A DNA stretch of 64,000 nucleotides from Mobula hypostoma (taxonomy: Eukaryota), in the NCBI RefSeq assembly GCF_963921235.1, contig NC_086108.1, forward strand, positions 55,368,001 through 55,432,000. The letters run 5' to 3'. This document shows, in pieces, positions 1 through 12,558 of the stretch. Position numbers and translations under genes: made by a program. Within the stretch, counting starts at the first letter, position 1, and the number at the start of each line of letters is the position of its first letter. The notes beneath the pieces were generated by a model that had not been told where the DNA came from, did no database searches, and saw nothing but the letters and a program-made list of their open reading frames with translations.

Positions 1-1009
1 TTTCAGATTGGAGGGTTGTGACTAGTTGTGACCAGAACCACAAGCATTGGTTCTATTACCTCTACTTTTCGTGATTTTTATTAACGAGCTGGATGTGGGG
101 GTAGAAGGGTGGGTTGGCAAGTTTGCAGATGACACAAAGGTTGGTGGTGTTATGGATAGTGTAGAGGATTGTCAAAGATTGCAGAGAGACATTGATAGGA
201 TGCAGAAGTGGGCTGAGAAGTGGTGGATGGATTTCAACCCGGAGAAGTGTGAGGTGGTACACTTTGGAAGGACAAACTCCAAGGCAGAGTACAGAGTAAA
301 TGGCAGGATACTTGGTAGTGTGGAGGAGCAGAGGAATCTGGGGGTACATGTCCACAGATCCCTGAAAGTTGCCTCACAGGCAGATAGGGTAGTTAAGAAA
401 GCTTATGGGGTGTTACCATTCATAAGTTGAGGGACAGAGTTTAAGAGTCGCGAGGTAATGATGCAGCTCTATGAAACTCTGGTTAGGCCACACTTGGAGT
501 ATTGTGTCCAATTCTGGGCGCCTCACTATAGGAAGGGTGTGGAAGCATTGGAAAGGGTACAGAGGAGATTTACCAGGATGCTGCCTGGTTTAGAGAGTAT
601 GCATTGCAATCAGAGATTAAGGGAGCTAGGGCTTTACTCTTTGGAGAGGAGGAGGATGAGAGGAGACATGATAGAGGTATACAAGATATTAAGAGGAATA
701 GATAGTGGACAGCCAGCGCCTCTTCCCCAGGGCACCACTGCTCAGTACAAGAGGACATGTCTTTAAGATAAGGGGTGGGATGTTCAAGGGGGATATTAGA
801 GGAAGGTTTTTTACTCAGAGTGGTTGGTGCGTGGAATGCACTGCCTGAGTCAGTGGAGGCAGATACACTAGTGAAATTTAAGAGACTACTAGACAGGTAT
901 ATGGAGGAATTTAAGGTGGGGGGGGGGTTATATGGGAGGTAGGGTTTAAGGGTTGGCACAACATTGTGGGCTGAAGGGCCTGTAATGTGCTGTACTATTC
1001 TATGTTCTA
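1..1009 (+). mobile_element. CR1 LINE, 3' part (RT C-terminus and 3' UTR), disrupted
   Basis: ORFs 47-430 (FINELD..KFADDTKVGG..FNPEKCEVVHFGR) and 458-766 (LVRPHLEYCVQFWAP..LERRRMRGDMIEVYKI); ends in the CR1-type tail tattctatgttctat. Confidence 0.95.
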
Positions 1010-2855
1010 TTACCAGAAATTTGAGAAATCAGTATTCATGCCTTCAGGTTGCAGGCTAACCAGACAGAATACAAAGTATTGCTCCTCCAACCTGAGTGTA
1101 GCCTCATCCTTGGAGTAGGCCATGGAATGACATGTTGGAATGTGAATGGGAAGTGGAATTGAAATTGATGGCCACTGAGTAAAGGTGTTTGGCACAGTGT
1201 CCCAATCTACGTCAGGTATACAGGAGGCCACACCGGGAGCACCGGATACAGTAGATGACCGCAACAGACTCTCAGGTGAAGTGTCACCTCATCTGATGGT
1301 TGAGGAAGGGAATCTACTTTCTTTGAAGAAGGAGAATATCTCAGTTGTTCTGGAATGAAAAGCTTTGTCCTGAGAGCAGATGTAGAGAGGGAGGAACTGA
1401 GAGAAGGAAATGGCATTTTTACAAGTGACAGGGATGGGAGAGGTATAGTTCAGACAGTTGTGAGAGTCAGTGGATTTATAAAAGATGTTAATAGATAGAG
1501 TGTCTCTAGAGGTGTATACGGAGAGTTTGGGAAAGGGGATACAGTTGTTGGAAATGGATCAAGAAATTTGAGGGTAGGGTGGAAGCTGTAGGCAAAGTTG
1601 ATGAAATTGATGAGCTCAGCATGGGTGCATGAAGCAGCAGCAATGCCATCATCGACGTAGCATAGGAAGAGTTGGGGAGAGATGCCGGTGAAGGCTTGGA
1701 TCATGGACTGTTCCACGTAGCCGACAAAAAAGCAGGCATAGCTGCGACCCCTGCAAGTGCCCAGGTCTACACCTTTGGTTTGAAGGAAGTGAGAGGAGCT
1801 GAAAGAGAAATTATTGAGGATCAGTTCCACCAGAAGGAGGAGAAAGGTGGTAGACAGAAACTTAATTGGGTCTGTTGTCCAAAAAGTGGAGAGCTTTAAG
1901 GCCTTCTTGATGGGGGATGGAGGTGTATAGAGACTAACTATCCATAGTGAAAAAGAGAGGACTGGGGCCAGGGAACTTAATCAGTGAAAAGATCAAAACT
2001 GGTGAAGTGTCACAGATGTACGTAGGAACAAACTGAACCAGCAGGGATAAAATAGTTGAAGAATGCAGCACAATTTCAGTGGGGCAGGAGCAGGTAGAAA
2101 CAATGGTTCTACCTGGATAGTCAGGTTTATAGATCTTGGGCAGGAGTTAGAAATGGGAGGTGTGGGGTAAGGGAATGATAAGGTTGTTGGCAGCGGATGG
2201 GAGATCCCCAGAATTAATGAATTCAGTGATGTTGCAGGAGACTTGGCATGGAGAGGGAGACGATGGAAGAACAGCCCAATGACATGGTATCAATGTCACT
2301 GAGTTGTAGGCACAGCAGGACGAAGGTGAGGTGCTCACTGAGGACAAAACGTTCTGCCTCAGAGAGGGGAAGGTCAGAAGGAATTGTGAAGACCTGGCAT
2401 GGATGAGAGCTGGGATCAGAGTGGGAGAAGAGGATTGGGGTGTTCAGGAAAGGTGGGGTTGGAGGAAGATGGAGGCTCTGTTGACTTGAGAGCTGACAGT
2501 GTGGCCTGAGCGACACGGGATTGCAGAGTGGTGATGGGGGAAGAGGAGACTGGGGTTCCAGTAGCAGCTCGTAAGTTCTTAGCCTGGACATGCTGTTGGT
2601 CAATGTCCAGATGAGGCGGAGGTACAGGTTGAGCAATTACCCATTTGAAGGTGTCAGGGGTCCTTGGAGCCGGCACTGATGGCGGTGGAATTAGGGTTCT
2701 CAATCTGCTTGGGATTGCTGGAACTGGTATTGGTGATGTTGGTGTCACTGATATAGAGGTGTCCAGAGCCACTGGGGTGGGGGATTGATTCGGTGAGATT
2801 CATAATCTGGGGGGATCTGATGATATTGAGGTTGGCAGCAGGGATCCTTCCAGAC
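1010..2855 (-). mobile_element. Penelope-like element (RT plus GIY-YIG endonuclease), decayed
   Basis: Minus ORF 1450-1830 (NNFSFSSSHFLQTKGV..YVDDGI, PLE RT) and 1010-1264 (EATLRLEEQYFVFCLVSLQPEGMNTDFSNF, GIY-YIG C-terminus as in the other copies). Confidence 0.9.
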
Positions 2856-2900
2856 TTCCGGCCTAAAACATCGACTGTTTACTCTTTTCCAAAGATGTGC
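2856..2900 (+). repeat. Inverted PLE terminal-repeat fragment (3' half of hammerhead)
   Basis: cggcctaaaacatcgactgtttactcttttccaaagatg resembles cggcccgaaacgtcgactgtacctcttcctatagatg in other copies, opposite in orientation to the adjacent PLE body. Confidence 0.7.
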
Positions 2901-3149
2901 AAAACAATTCGCATGCTCATTTCATGTGTTACCACTCATTGTTCCTATCATTCTGGTCATTTCTTATTTTCTGTTGGGGCGCAAAATCCAGTGTAAGAAG
3001 TTGTGCCCCATTTTCGTCAGTTGGTAATGGATAATTAGGCAAATGACAAGGGCCATTTAAAAGTAATTAGTTTTAAGCTGAGCATCCTGAGGCAGGGAGA
3101 TGAGGCTTTGGCAAGAGTGCAGAGGCTGAGGTTTCTGTTTTTCTTTATT

Positions 3150-6100
3150 ATTGCATAGGTAGAGCAGCAAGAATGGATCCCTGGGAAGTGCTGTGCTCAT
3201 CTTGACTGGTGTAGTCATCGGGAGCCCTCCAGTCTCCCTGACTTCCCACACCTGTGAGAAGTGCATCTGGGTGCAGCTCCTTCTAGACTGCGTTAGTGAG
3301 CTGGAGCTGGATGCCCTGTAGATCATTTGAGAGAATACGAGGTTGATAGACAGCAGTTACAGGGGGGCAGTCACACCGAAGTTCCAGGAGGCAAGGAGCT
3401 GGCTGATTGTCAGGAGAGGGAATAGGCAGATAATTTAGAATATCCTTAGAGCTGTTCCCCTCAATAACAAGTACACCACTTTTGATATAGCTGGAGGGGT
3501 GACCTTCCAGGGAAAGATGCAGTGACCAGTCTCTGGCATGGAGTCTAGTTCTGAGGCTCAGAAGGGAAAGTGGTGGAGGGGTGGATGAGGAAGAGTGGTG
3601 GTGATAGGGAATACAGTATTTGGTGGAGAAGGCATGAGATTTTGTGCATGTGGAAGATGCACCCAGATGGTATGTTGCTTCCCAGGTGCCAGAGTCAGGG
3701 ATGTCTCATTTTGGGCCCACAGCATTCTTCAGGGGTGGGGGGGGGGGAGAGTTAGCAGCTAGCAGCCCAAAGTTGTGGTATGTATTGGTGATAACAATGT
3801 AGGTATGGAAAGATCTGAGGTCCTGAAGAGAAAATGGGTAGCTAGGAAAAATGCTAAACGGGACCTGAAGGGTAGGAATCTCTGGATTGCTGCCTGTGCC
3901 ACACACCAGTGAGGGTAAGAATGAGATGATATGGTGGATGAATGTATGACTGAAGATTTGGTGCGTGGGGCAGGGTTTGAGATTGGTAGATCATTGGAAT
4001 CACTGCTGAGGAATATATGGCCTGAACAAAATGAATGAGATGAGAATCAGAATCAGAATCCTTTATTATCACCAAGTATGTGGACACATACAGGGAATTT
4101 GACGCCGGTTTCCCTGAGCTCTCGCTGTACCAGGGGTTGCACTTGAACTTGAGAGATTGTTGGAGAGGGTTTAAACTAATTTGGCAAGAGGATGGAAAAC
4201 TGTGATGGGTCAGATGATGGAACAATTGGTGTCAAGGTAGATGCGAAATGTAGAGAAACTGAGGAAGGAGAGGCAGTGGACTGAAATGTTGTCAACTGGA
4301 CTTTAATATCAGAAGTATCAGAAACAAGGGTGATGAACTCAGCATTGGTCAGTACATGGAACTATAACATTGTGACCATTCCAGGCACTTGGCTGTCAAT
4401 AGGGCAAGAATGGCTGCCATATGCTCAGGGGTTTAGATGTTTCAAAGGGAACAAGGAGGAAGGTAAGAGGTGGACGAATGACATTGGTCATCACAGCTGC
4501 AGAAAGGGAGGACATCATGGAAGGATCATCTATGGAGTCAGTGTGGGTGCACATTAGAAACAGGAAGGGAGTAGTCTTTCTTTTGAGAGTATTTTGTATG
4601 ACCGCCAATAGCAACTGAGGAGCAGATCATTGGTAGATTTTGGAAAGGTGCAAAAATAACAGGATTACTGTCATGGGTGACTTCAAATTCCCTAATATTG
4701 ATTGACACCAGGTGGAACATTTAGTCAAGAGGAAGAAGGAAAGATACTTCAGATTTAGGAGAAGGAAGGATACTTAAGGTTTAGCAAGCAAAAATCAGAC
4801 AGGGTTCATGAGAGTTATAAAGAAGCCAGGAAGAAGCTTAAGAATGTACAGTAATTAGGGGAGCTAAAAGAGGGTGTGAGGTGGCCTTAGCAAATAGGAT
4901 ATAGGAAAAGCCCCAAAGCATTCAACATGTATGTGAACAACAGGGGGATGACTAGAGAGAGGGCAGAACTGACCAGATTTTTTTTGAAAAAAAGGAAATG
5001 TGCTTGGAGTCTGAGGAGGTGAGGAAGGTCCTTAATGTATTCATCAGTGAGAGATCTATAACAAATGTGAGTTCAGTGCAGAGTAGGCTGATGTATTGGA
5101 ACATGTCAAGTTAAGAATGCAGGTGTGCTGGTACTTTTGAAAAGCATTAGTGTAGATAAATCCCTGGGATCAGACAGGATATATCCCAGGTTAATACGAG
5201 AAGTAAAGTTGGTAATGATCGTTGCATCCTCACTGCCCACAGAAGTAGTACTGGAAGACTGGATGGTGGTAAATGTCATTCCTCTGTTCAAGAACGTTAA
5301 TAATGATCTTCCTGGAAAATATAGATGAGTGAGTCTTAACATCAGTGGTAGGCAAGTTATTGGAGAGGACTTCGAAAACCAGGATTTGGAGAAGCAGAGT
5401 CTGGTTAGGGATCATGTGCATGGCTTTGTGAGAGGCAGGTCATACCTTGAGAACTTGACTGACTTTTGCGAGGAAGTGACAAAACTAATTGAGGGTAGAG
5501 TAGTAGATGTGGTGTGAGGTTCCCCATGGTACGTTTATTCAGAAAGTCAGAAGACGTGGGGTCAGGGAGATGTGGCTGTATGGATTTGAAATTGGCTTGC
5601 CAATTGAAGGTAGATGATACTAGTGGATGGAACATATTCTACCTGGAGGCTCATGACATGTGATGTTCCACAGGAATCAGCTTTGGGAGCCATTTTTTTA
5701 AATGATTTTGATAAATGACTTGGATGAGGAAGTAGAAGGATGGGTTAGTTGGTGGTGTGGTGGATAGTGTAGAAGGTTGTCATAGGTTACAATAGAATAT
5801 TGATCAATTGCAGAGCTAGGTTGTGAAGTTGCAGGTGGAGTTCAACCTGGAAAAGTGTCAATTGATTCATAGTGGCAGGATTCTTAGTATGAAGGAATAA
5901 TGGGATCTTGTGCAAGTTGATAGAATGGTTAAGAAGGTGTATTGGCCTTCATTAGTTGGAGGACTGAGTTCAAGAGTCACAAGGTAATGTTGCAGCCTCA
6001 TAAAACTCTAGTTAGATTACATTTGGAATATTGTTTTCAGTTTTGATCACCTCATTATAGGAAGAATGTGGAAACTGGAGAGGGCACAGAGGAGATTTAA

Positions 6101-6500
6101 TGGGTTCTTTCTGGATTAGAGAGCATGTGTTATGAGGAAATGCTGAATGAGCCAAGACTTTTCTCTATGGAGTGAAGGAGGATGAGAGGTGAATTGTAGA
6201 AATGTCTAAGTTGACAGAAGGCTTAGATAGAGTGGACAGTCAGTGCCTCTTCCCAGGGTGGCAATGGCTAATACTTTTAATGTGCTTAGAGGTAACTATA
6301 GGGAAAATGTCAGAAGTAGGTTACTCACAGTGGTAAGTGTGTAGAGTGCACTGGTGGGGGTGGTGAACATTTAAGAGACTTGTAGATCAGCATATGGAGA
6401 GTTATTTGGGAGGGAAGGATTAGAATGATCTGGAGTAGATTAAAGGGATGTCACAACATTGTGGGGCCTGTACTGGGCTGTACTCTATGTTCCATGTTTA
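3150..6500 (+). mobile_element. Near full-length, heavily decayed CR1 LINE (ORF1 esterase, APE endonuclease, RT, tail)
   Basis: tgcttcccaggtgccagagtcagggatgtc (CFPGARVRDV, SGNH-type ORF1) near 3677; atgggtgacttcaaattccctaatattgat (MGDFKFPNID) near 4673; ORF 5125-5328 (DKSLGSDRIYP..NVIPLFK); CR1 tail near 6460-6495. Confidence 0.9.
4042..4125 (-). mobile_element. Short LINE 3' tail (Rex1-like) inserted in CR1 ORF1
   Basis: (agaatc)n followed by tttattatcacc, the same terminus as the Rex1-like tails near 9295, 19425 and 56500. Confidence 0.6.
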
Positions 6501-6739
6501 GTTACACTATTTCTTCTGTTAATGTTTGTGTGGATCAATGCACACTCAGCCTCATTTCATCATCTGAAGAGATTTCTTCTAGACACTCTCTAATCTTAAT
6601 ATTTCCTGGTTTCTTACCTTAATGCTAGACCAACTGAAAATAACACATTACCTACTTACTTAATAGGAATTGCTGTATTTAATCACCCTATCCTAGTTCT
6701 AACCAAGCAGGCTTAACTATTTAGATCTGTAGAGACCCA

Positions 6740-7800
6740 AAATACTGCACTTGGAACCTGGAATAATAAACAATCTGTTGGAGAAACTCGATGGGCCAAG
6801 CAGCACCTGTGGGAAGAAGGGAGTTGTTGACATTTCAGAAAGGGGATTGAGAATATTTGGATAGCTGCTGGAGGGAGTTGAGCAAGAACACAAAAGGCTA
6901 GCAGTGCTGGGATCTGCCATTCACCATTCTCCTAATGGTCCCTGTGACCTCTTTATCAGATTTCAGCACTGGTCACCCTTTGTATTCCTCCTTATCTCCT
7001 TCCACTTCCCTGCCCTACCTTACACCATCTCTCTCAATTTTTCTATTTGGCAGATGAATGATGTATGAAGGCTTCCACCGTCTCCCAATTCCACACCCCA
7101 TCTACCCTCTCTTACCTAGCATCGCCTTCTTGTTATCCTTCTTCCTTACTTGGTCTACCAATCACCTCGGACACCTGTCTCTCCACTCAGAGAATCCTCT
7201 GTGTTCTCTACTTCTACTCCAGATTCAGAGTTTCCATCTGAAATTTCTTTCCTTCCACAGATGCTGCTAAACCTACTGAGTTCCTCAATCAGGTTGTTTG
7301 ATGTTTTGGATGTGTATTTTTATTTTCTTTTATAGACCCTCTAAGACCTCCTATTTCTTCTTGTAGTATGGATCCTGGTGCATAAAGGTCTTCGCTTTGT
7401 TATTGGTCTTTTAATTTGTAAAAATTAGAAAAATAGATTCATTTAGGAAAGATTCCCAAATTTTAGTTTGGTAAAATAATTATTCAAAGCGGAATCAACT
7501 CAATATTTAATGATGTGTATTGCAGAAGGTCATCCTGTCTTTTATTACGTTATTAGAAAAAATAATCGGTCTCTGTCCACTCTCTCCATGCACAGATCAT
7601 CAGGCCAGGGCTTTGATTCCTTTGTAGATTAATTTGAGAACTAAATAACAGAAAAAGGTGAATATAGCCAATAGATAGACAAATCTGATGAAAGACCGCT
7701 AATATGAAATGTTTACACCTTTAACTCTATTTCTTCTTCCACATATATTGCATGTTTCCAACACCTATTTCTGATTCCCAGCATCTGCAGTTTTGAACCT
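6740..7800. repeat. Old PLE terminal-repeat remnants in both orientations
   Basis: ccacagatgctgctaaacctactgagttcctc (7255-7287), degenerate ctgatgaaagacc..gaaatgtt (near 7685-7713), ccagcatctgcag (near 7778), reverse copy near 6775-6840. Confidence 0.55.
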
Positions 7801-7920
7801 CTATTTGTGAAAATTACACAGGCTGCTCTATAGCTGGGGTATCAGGCAGACATGCTCATTGATCCTTTTTTTTAATTAACCTCGAAGTCTTTCTTGGCGG
7901 GGAATTGATTATACTGTATT

Positions 7921-9267
7921 TAGAAACATAGAAAACCTACAGCACAATACAGGCCCTTTGGCCCACAAAGTTGTGCTGAGCATGTCTCTACCTTAGAAGT
8001 TACTAGGCTTCCGCATAGCTCTCCATTTTCCTAAGCTCCATGTGCCTATCCAAAAGTCTCTTTAAAAATCCTATCGTATCCGCCTCCACCAGCGTTGCCG
8101 GCAGCCCATTCCACACACTCACCACTCTGAGTTAAAAAAAAACTTACCCCTGACATCTCCTCTGTACCTACTCCCCAGCACCTTAAACATGTGTCCTCTT
8201 GTAGCAGCCACTTCAGTCCTGGGAAAAAGCCTCTGACTATCCACACGATCAATGCTTCTCATCATCTTATATACTTCTATCAGGTCACCTCTCATCCTCC
8301 GTTGCTCCAAGGAGAAAAGGCCGAGTTCACTCAACCTATTCTCATAAGGCATGCTCCCCAATCCAGGCAACATCCTTTGTAAATCTCCTCTGCACCCTAT
8401 GGTTTCCACATCCTTCCTGTAGTGAGGTGACCAGAACTGAGCACACTCTCCAAGTGGCGTCTGACCAGGGTCCTATATAACTGCAGCATTGCCTCTTGGT
8501 TCCTAAATTCAATTCCACGATTGATGAAGGCCAATGCACCGTATGCCTTCTTAACCACAGAGCCAATCTGCGCAGCTGCTTTGAGCGTCCTATGGACTCG
8601 GACCCTAAGATCCCTCTGATCCTCCACACTGCGAAGAGTCTTACCATTAATACTATATTCTGCCATCATATTAGAACTACTAAAATGAACCACTCCACAC
8701 TTATCTGAGTTGAACTCCATCTGCCACTTCTCAGCCCTATTTTGCATCCTATCAATGTCCCGTTGTAACCTCTGACAGCCCTCCACACTATCCACAACAC
8801 CTCCAACCTTTGCGTCATCAGCAAACTTACTAACACATCCCTCCACTTCCTCATCCAGGTCATTTATAAAAATCATGAAGGGTCTCAGAACAGATCCCTG
8901 AGGCACACCACTGGTGACTGACCTTCATGCAGAATATGACCCGTCTGCAACCACTCTTTGCCTTCTGTGTGCAAGCCAGTTCTGGATCCACAAAGCAATG
9001 TCCCCTTGGATCCAATGCCTCCTTACTTTTTCAATAAGTCTTGCATGGGGTACCTTATCAAGTGCCTTGCTGAAATCCATATACACTGCATCTACTGCTC
9101 TTCCTTCATTAATGTGTTTAGTCACATCCTCAAAAAATTCAATCAGGCTCGTAAAGCATGACCTGTCCTTGACAAAGTCATGCTGACTATTCCTAATCAT
9201 GTTATGCCTCTCCAAATGTTCATAAATCCTGCCTCTCAGGATCTTCTCCATCAACTTACCAACCATT
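7921..9267 (-). mobile_element. CR1 LINE, 5'-truncated (RT and tail)
   Basis: Minus ORFs 8925-9470 (part), 8397-8906 (PQGSVL..FADDAKVGG) and 8119-8409; tail tagaaacatagaaaacctacagcac. Confidence 0.95.
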
Positions 9268-9289
9268 ATTCGATAAAATTGTATCTGAT

Positions 9290-9420
9290 TCGTTTCTGAG
9301 TCAGAATCAGGTTTAATATCACCGGCATATGTTGTGAAGTTTGTTAACTTTACAGCAGTAGTACAATGCAATACATAATAGAGGAAAAACTGAATTACAG
9401 TATCTGTGTACGTATATATT
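9290..9420 (-). mobile_element. Rex1/Babar LINE 3' tail (body resumes near 11480)
   Basis: tcagaatcaggtttaatatcaccggcat..aatgcaatacataat, near-identical to the tail at 19425-19510. Confidence 0.75.
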
Positions 9421-9434
9421 TTTTTTTTCTCAAC

Positions 9435-11368
9435 CATTATGGGTGGTGTATATGTGTGTTTTTCCCTCAAACTCAGATCCTCTACCAGAGGCCTGAGAGC
9501 TTGAGGGTTCTGAGCAGTATCTTTGCTGCTGCTAATAGTGCACTTGTCTGGACCAAAATCTCAGATGTTGTTCCTGGGATTTGTTGGAGCCACTCTTTAG
9601 TTGAGATGTCATACATCCAAGTGCTCCTAGCACCTCCAAGACTACATTGGCTTTAACCTTCCCTTCCACATTCTTTCTAACTTGCTGTTTCAAGCCCTGG
9701 TATTTCTCCAGCTTCTCGTATTCTTTCTTTCCGATTTTACTGACATTTGGATTTACCACATTCATTACTATTGCATTCTTCTGTTCCTTGTCCAGTATTA
9801 CTGTGTCAGGTTGGTTGGTCACTACCTGCTTATCAGTCTGTATTTGGAAGTCCCACGGGATCTTAACTCTGTAATTCTCCCATTTGGGCTTGGGATTGTC
9901 CAATCTCTACTCAGCGCAGATCTTCCTGTACACAATTCCTGCAACTTAGTTGTGCCATTTAGTGTAAGCCATCCTGTCTGAAATTTGCACCCTGCTATGT
10001 GTTGGATGGTTTCCATAAGATACAGGAGCAGAATTAGGCCATTAAGCCCATGAAGTCTGCTCCACCATTTCATCGTGGCTGATCCAATTTTCCTCTTGGC
10101 CCCAATTTTCCTGCCTTATCCCTGTATCCTTTCATGCCTTGACCAGTCAAGAATCTATGCCTTAAATATAAAAAAAGACTTGACCTCCACAGCTGCCTGT
10201 GACAAAGAATTCCGCAAATTCACGACTCTTGGGGTAAAGAAATTCCTCCTCTTCGCCATTCTAACAGGATGCTCCTCTATTCTGAGGAAGTGTCCTCTGG
10301 TCTTTGACCCTTCCACTGTAGGAAACATTCTTTCTGCATCCACTGTATCAAGGCGTATCACCATTCGATAGGTTTCAATGAGGTCTCCCCTCATTCTTTT
10401 GTATTCTAGTGTATACAGGGTCACAGTCACCAAAGGATCTTCATATGACAAGCTATTCAATCCTGGAATCATTTTTGTGAACCTCCTTTGAACCCTCTCC
10501 AGCTTCAGCACGTCCTTTCTAAGACAAGGGACTCAAAACTGCTCACAATACTCCAAGTGAGGCCTCACCAGTGCTTGAACATTGCATCCTTATTTTTGTA
10601 ATCTAGCCCTCTTAAAATGAGTTTCAGTGGATTCCTTGCACAGTCTGCATCTTGGGTCTTGTCTAGTATGATGGACCCATGCTTCTATTGCTCTTGTGCT
10701 CAGTGTCTGCTGTTGTGCAGCCATGAGCAGTGCCTCTGTGCTGTCCCTCAGCCCTGCCATTTCCAGATATTTGCAGAACTTTCTTATGTCAGCCACCTCT
10801 GATATCTGGCGATGGTACATATTGTGCAGTGGCTTGTCCTGCCGTGGCTTCTGGTCCTCTGGCTCTGTTTCACCCACTTCCATTTCCATATACTCTGCCT
10901 GCTGCCTGAGGTCTTCTAGCAGATCATCCTTGGGGACAATCTTCCTGACGTACTCATGGATGTTTCGCATTTCTTCCAGGACTGTGGCCTTAACACTTCC
11001 AAGTCCCTATCCTACTTTATTCTAGCAGGTGTAAAGTCACTTGACTTTGGACTTTAGATAGAATCCTCCACATATTGTTAGTAGTTTCTGGGTCTTGATG
11101 TCAACGGCTTCCAATTCATTCCTTGGCCAGCCCACTTTTGCGGCTGGAATATGATGACTGGTGGATCGAATGATTGATGGCTTTGATCTTGTTCTTCCCA
11201 TTCAGCTGGCTTTTTAGGACCTCTCTCTCACTCTTTGGAGGTACTTGGATGTTGTAGCCTTGTTTGTTTCCTCATCGTGGCTTCCATGCACCTCCAGGAT
11301 CCTCGGGTATTTGTTGCCGTCCTGTACATCTGGTATGTGGCCTTCAGGTTCAATATATGGTGTGGCAT
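9435..11368 (-). mobile_element. R4-clade (Rex6/Dong-like) non-LTR retrotransposon with restriction-like endonuclease, 5'-truncated, split by a CR1
   Basis: ORF 10590-10970 (KPLHNMYHRQ..STEALLMAAQQQTLSTR..CRLCKESTET) continues as ETIQHIAGC near 10010 (CCHC finger), then WDFQIQTDKQV..NQPDTVILDK (RLE motif) in ORF 9532-9903; ends RTLKLSGLW*. Confidence 0.88.
10014..10620 (-). mobile_element. CR1 3' fragment nested in the R4 element
   Basis: ORF 10155-10511 (LERVQRRFTKMIPG..RMRGDLIETY); the host frame is split at ESTET/ETIQH with gtttc on both sides. Confidence 0.92.
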
Positions 11369-11371
11369 GTG

Positions 11372-11419
<48 letters not shown>

Positions 11420-11485
11420 CGTGTGTGTATGCATATGCATATATCTATCTATATATATTATAAAATATATAAGTTTGTATATGTA
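11368..11485. repeat. Compound (TA)n(TG)n(CG)n microsatellite
   Basis: Directly visible. Confidence 0.95.
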
Positions 11486-12130
11486 GAGGCTAGTGCCCAT
11501 GATGAGTTGACTAATTTTACAACTCTCTGCAGCCTACTTTGATACTGTGCTGTAGCGCCCCCCCCCGCCACCACACACCAGATGGTGATGCAGCCAGTTA
11601 GAATGCTCTCCACAGTATGTCAATAGAAATTTATGAGTATTTTAGGTGACATTCCAAATCTCCTTAAGCTCCTAATGAAATATAGTTGCTGTCTTGCCTT
11701 CTTTATTGCTGCATCGTTATGTTGTGACTAGGTTAGGTCCTTAGAGATATTAACACCCAGGAACTTGAAATGGCTCACTCTCTCAGTTCTGATCCCTCCA
11801 TGAGGACTGGGTGTGTGTTCCCTCGCCTTACCCTTTCTGAATTCCACAATCAGCTCTTTGGTCTTACTGATGTTGAGTGCGAGGTTATTACTGAGACACC
11901 AGTCAACTAGCTGGTATATCTCACTCCTGTATGCCTTCTGGTCATCATCTGTGATTCTGCCACCAATGGTTGTATTATCAGCAAAGTGATAGATGGTATT
12001 GGAGCTCTGCCTAGCCACGCAGTCATGGGTGTAGAGAATGTAGAAGAGGGCTAAGCTCACATCCTGGAAGCACGCCAATGTTGATTGTCAGCAAGGTGGC
12101 GATGTTATTTCCAATCTGTACAAATTGTGA
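11485..12130 (-). mobile_element. Rex1/Babar LINE RT fragment
   Basis: ORF 11728-12078: LYTHDCVA..FADNTTI..WCLSNNLALNISKTKELIVEFRK..FKFLGV. Confidence 0.9.
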
Positions 12131-12558
12131 TTTCTTGTATCCTAAAGCCAACTAATGCACTGAAGGCAGAAGATAATTTTTGGATTACTTTGAATGACAC
12201 TCTCTTAAAGCTTAGATGTGAGAGATGATGTGTATACTACTGGTATTTCATTTGAAAGCAGTGCCACCTCCTCCACCCCTGCAATAACTGTCTGCTGTGT
12301 TGTTCCAACTTTATGCAAATTCTGTGTGATTAATAGCATTAATCTCTCTGACTCTAACTCTAGATATGGCAAATTAAGCCAGATTTCTAGAGAGACATGT
12401 AATGCATTTATGCTAATCTTGCATTCCTCTGATCCAAGAATGATTTTTTAACAAAACATGGGATTGCACTGAGTTTTCCAACTAATGTTCAGATGCCAGG
12501 CATGGAAATAAGAAAATAACAAGTCCCCTGCTTTGAAAATATACTTTACATGCCAAAG

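Noticed and set aside
11228..11542. Overlapping ORFs with HT/CV repeats
   Set aside because: Artefacts of the dinucleotide microsatellite.
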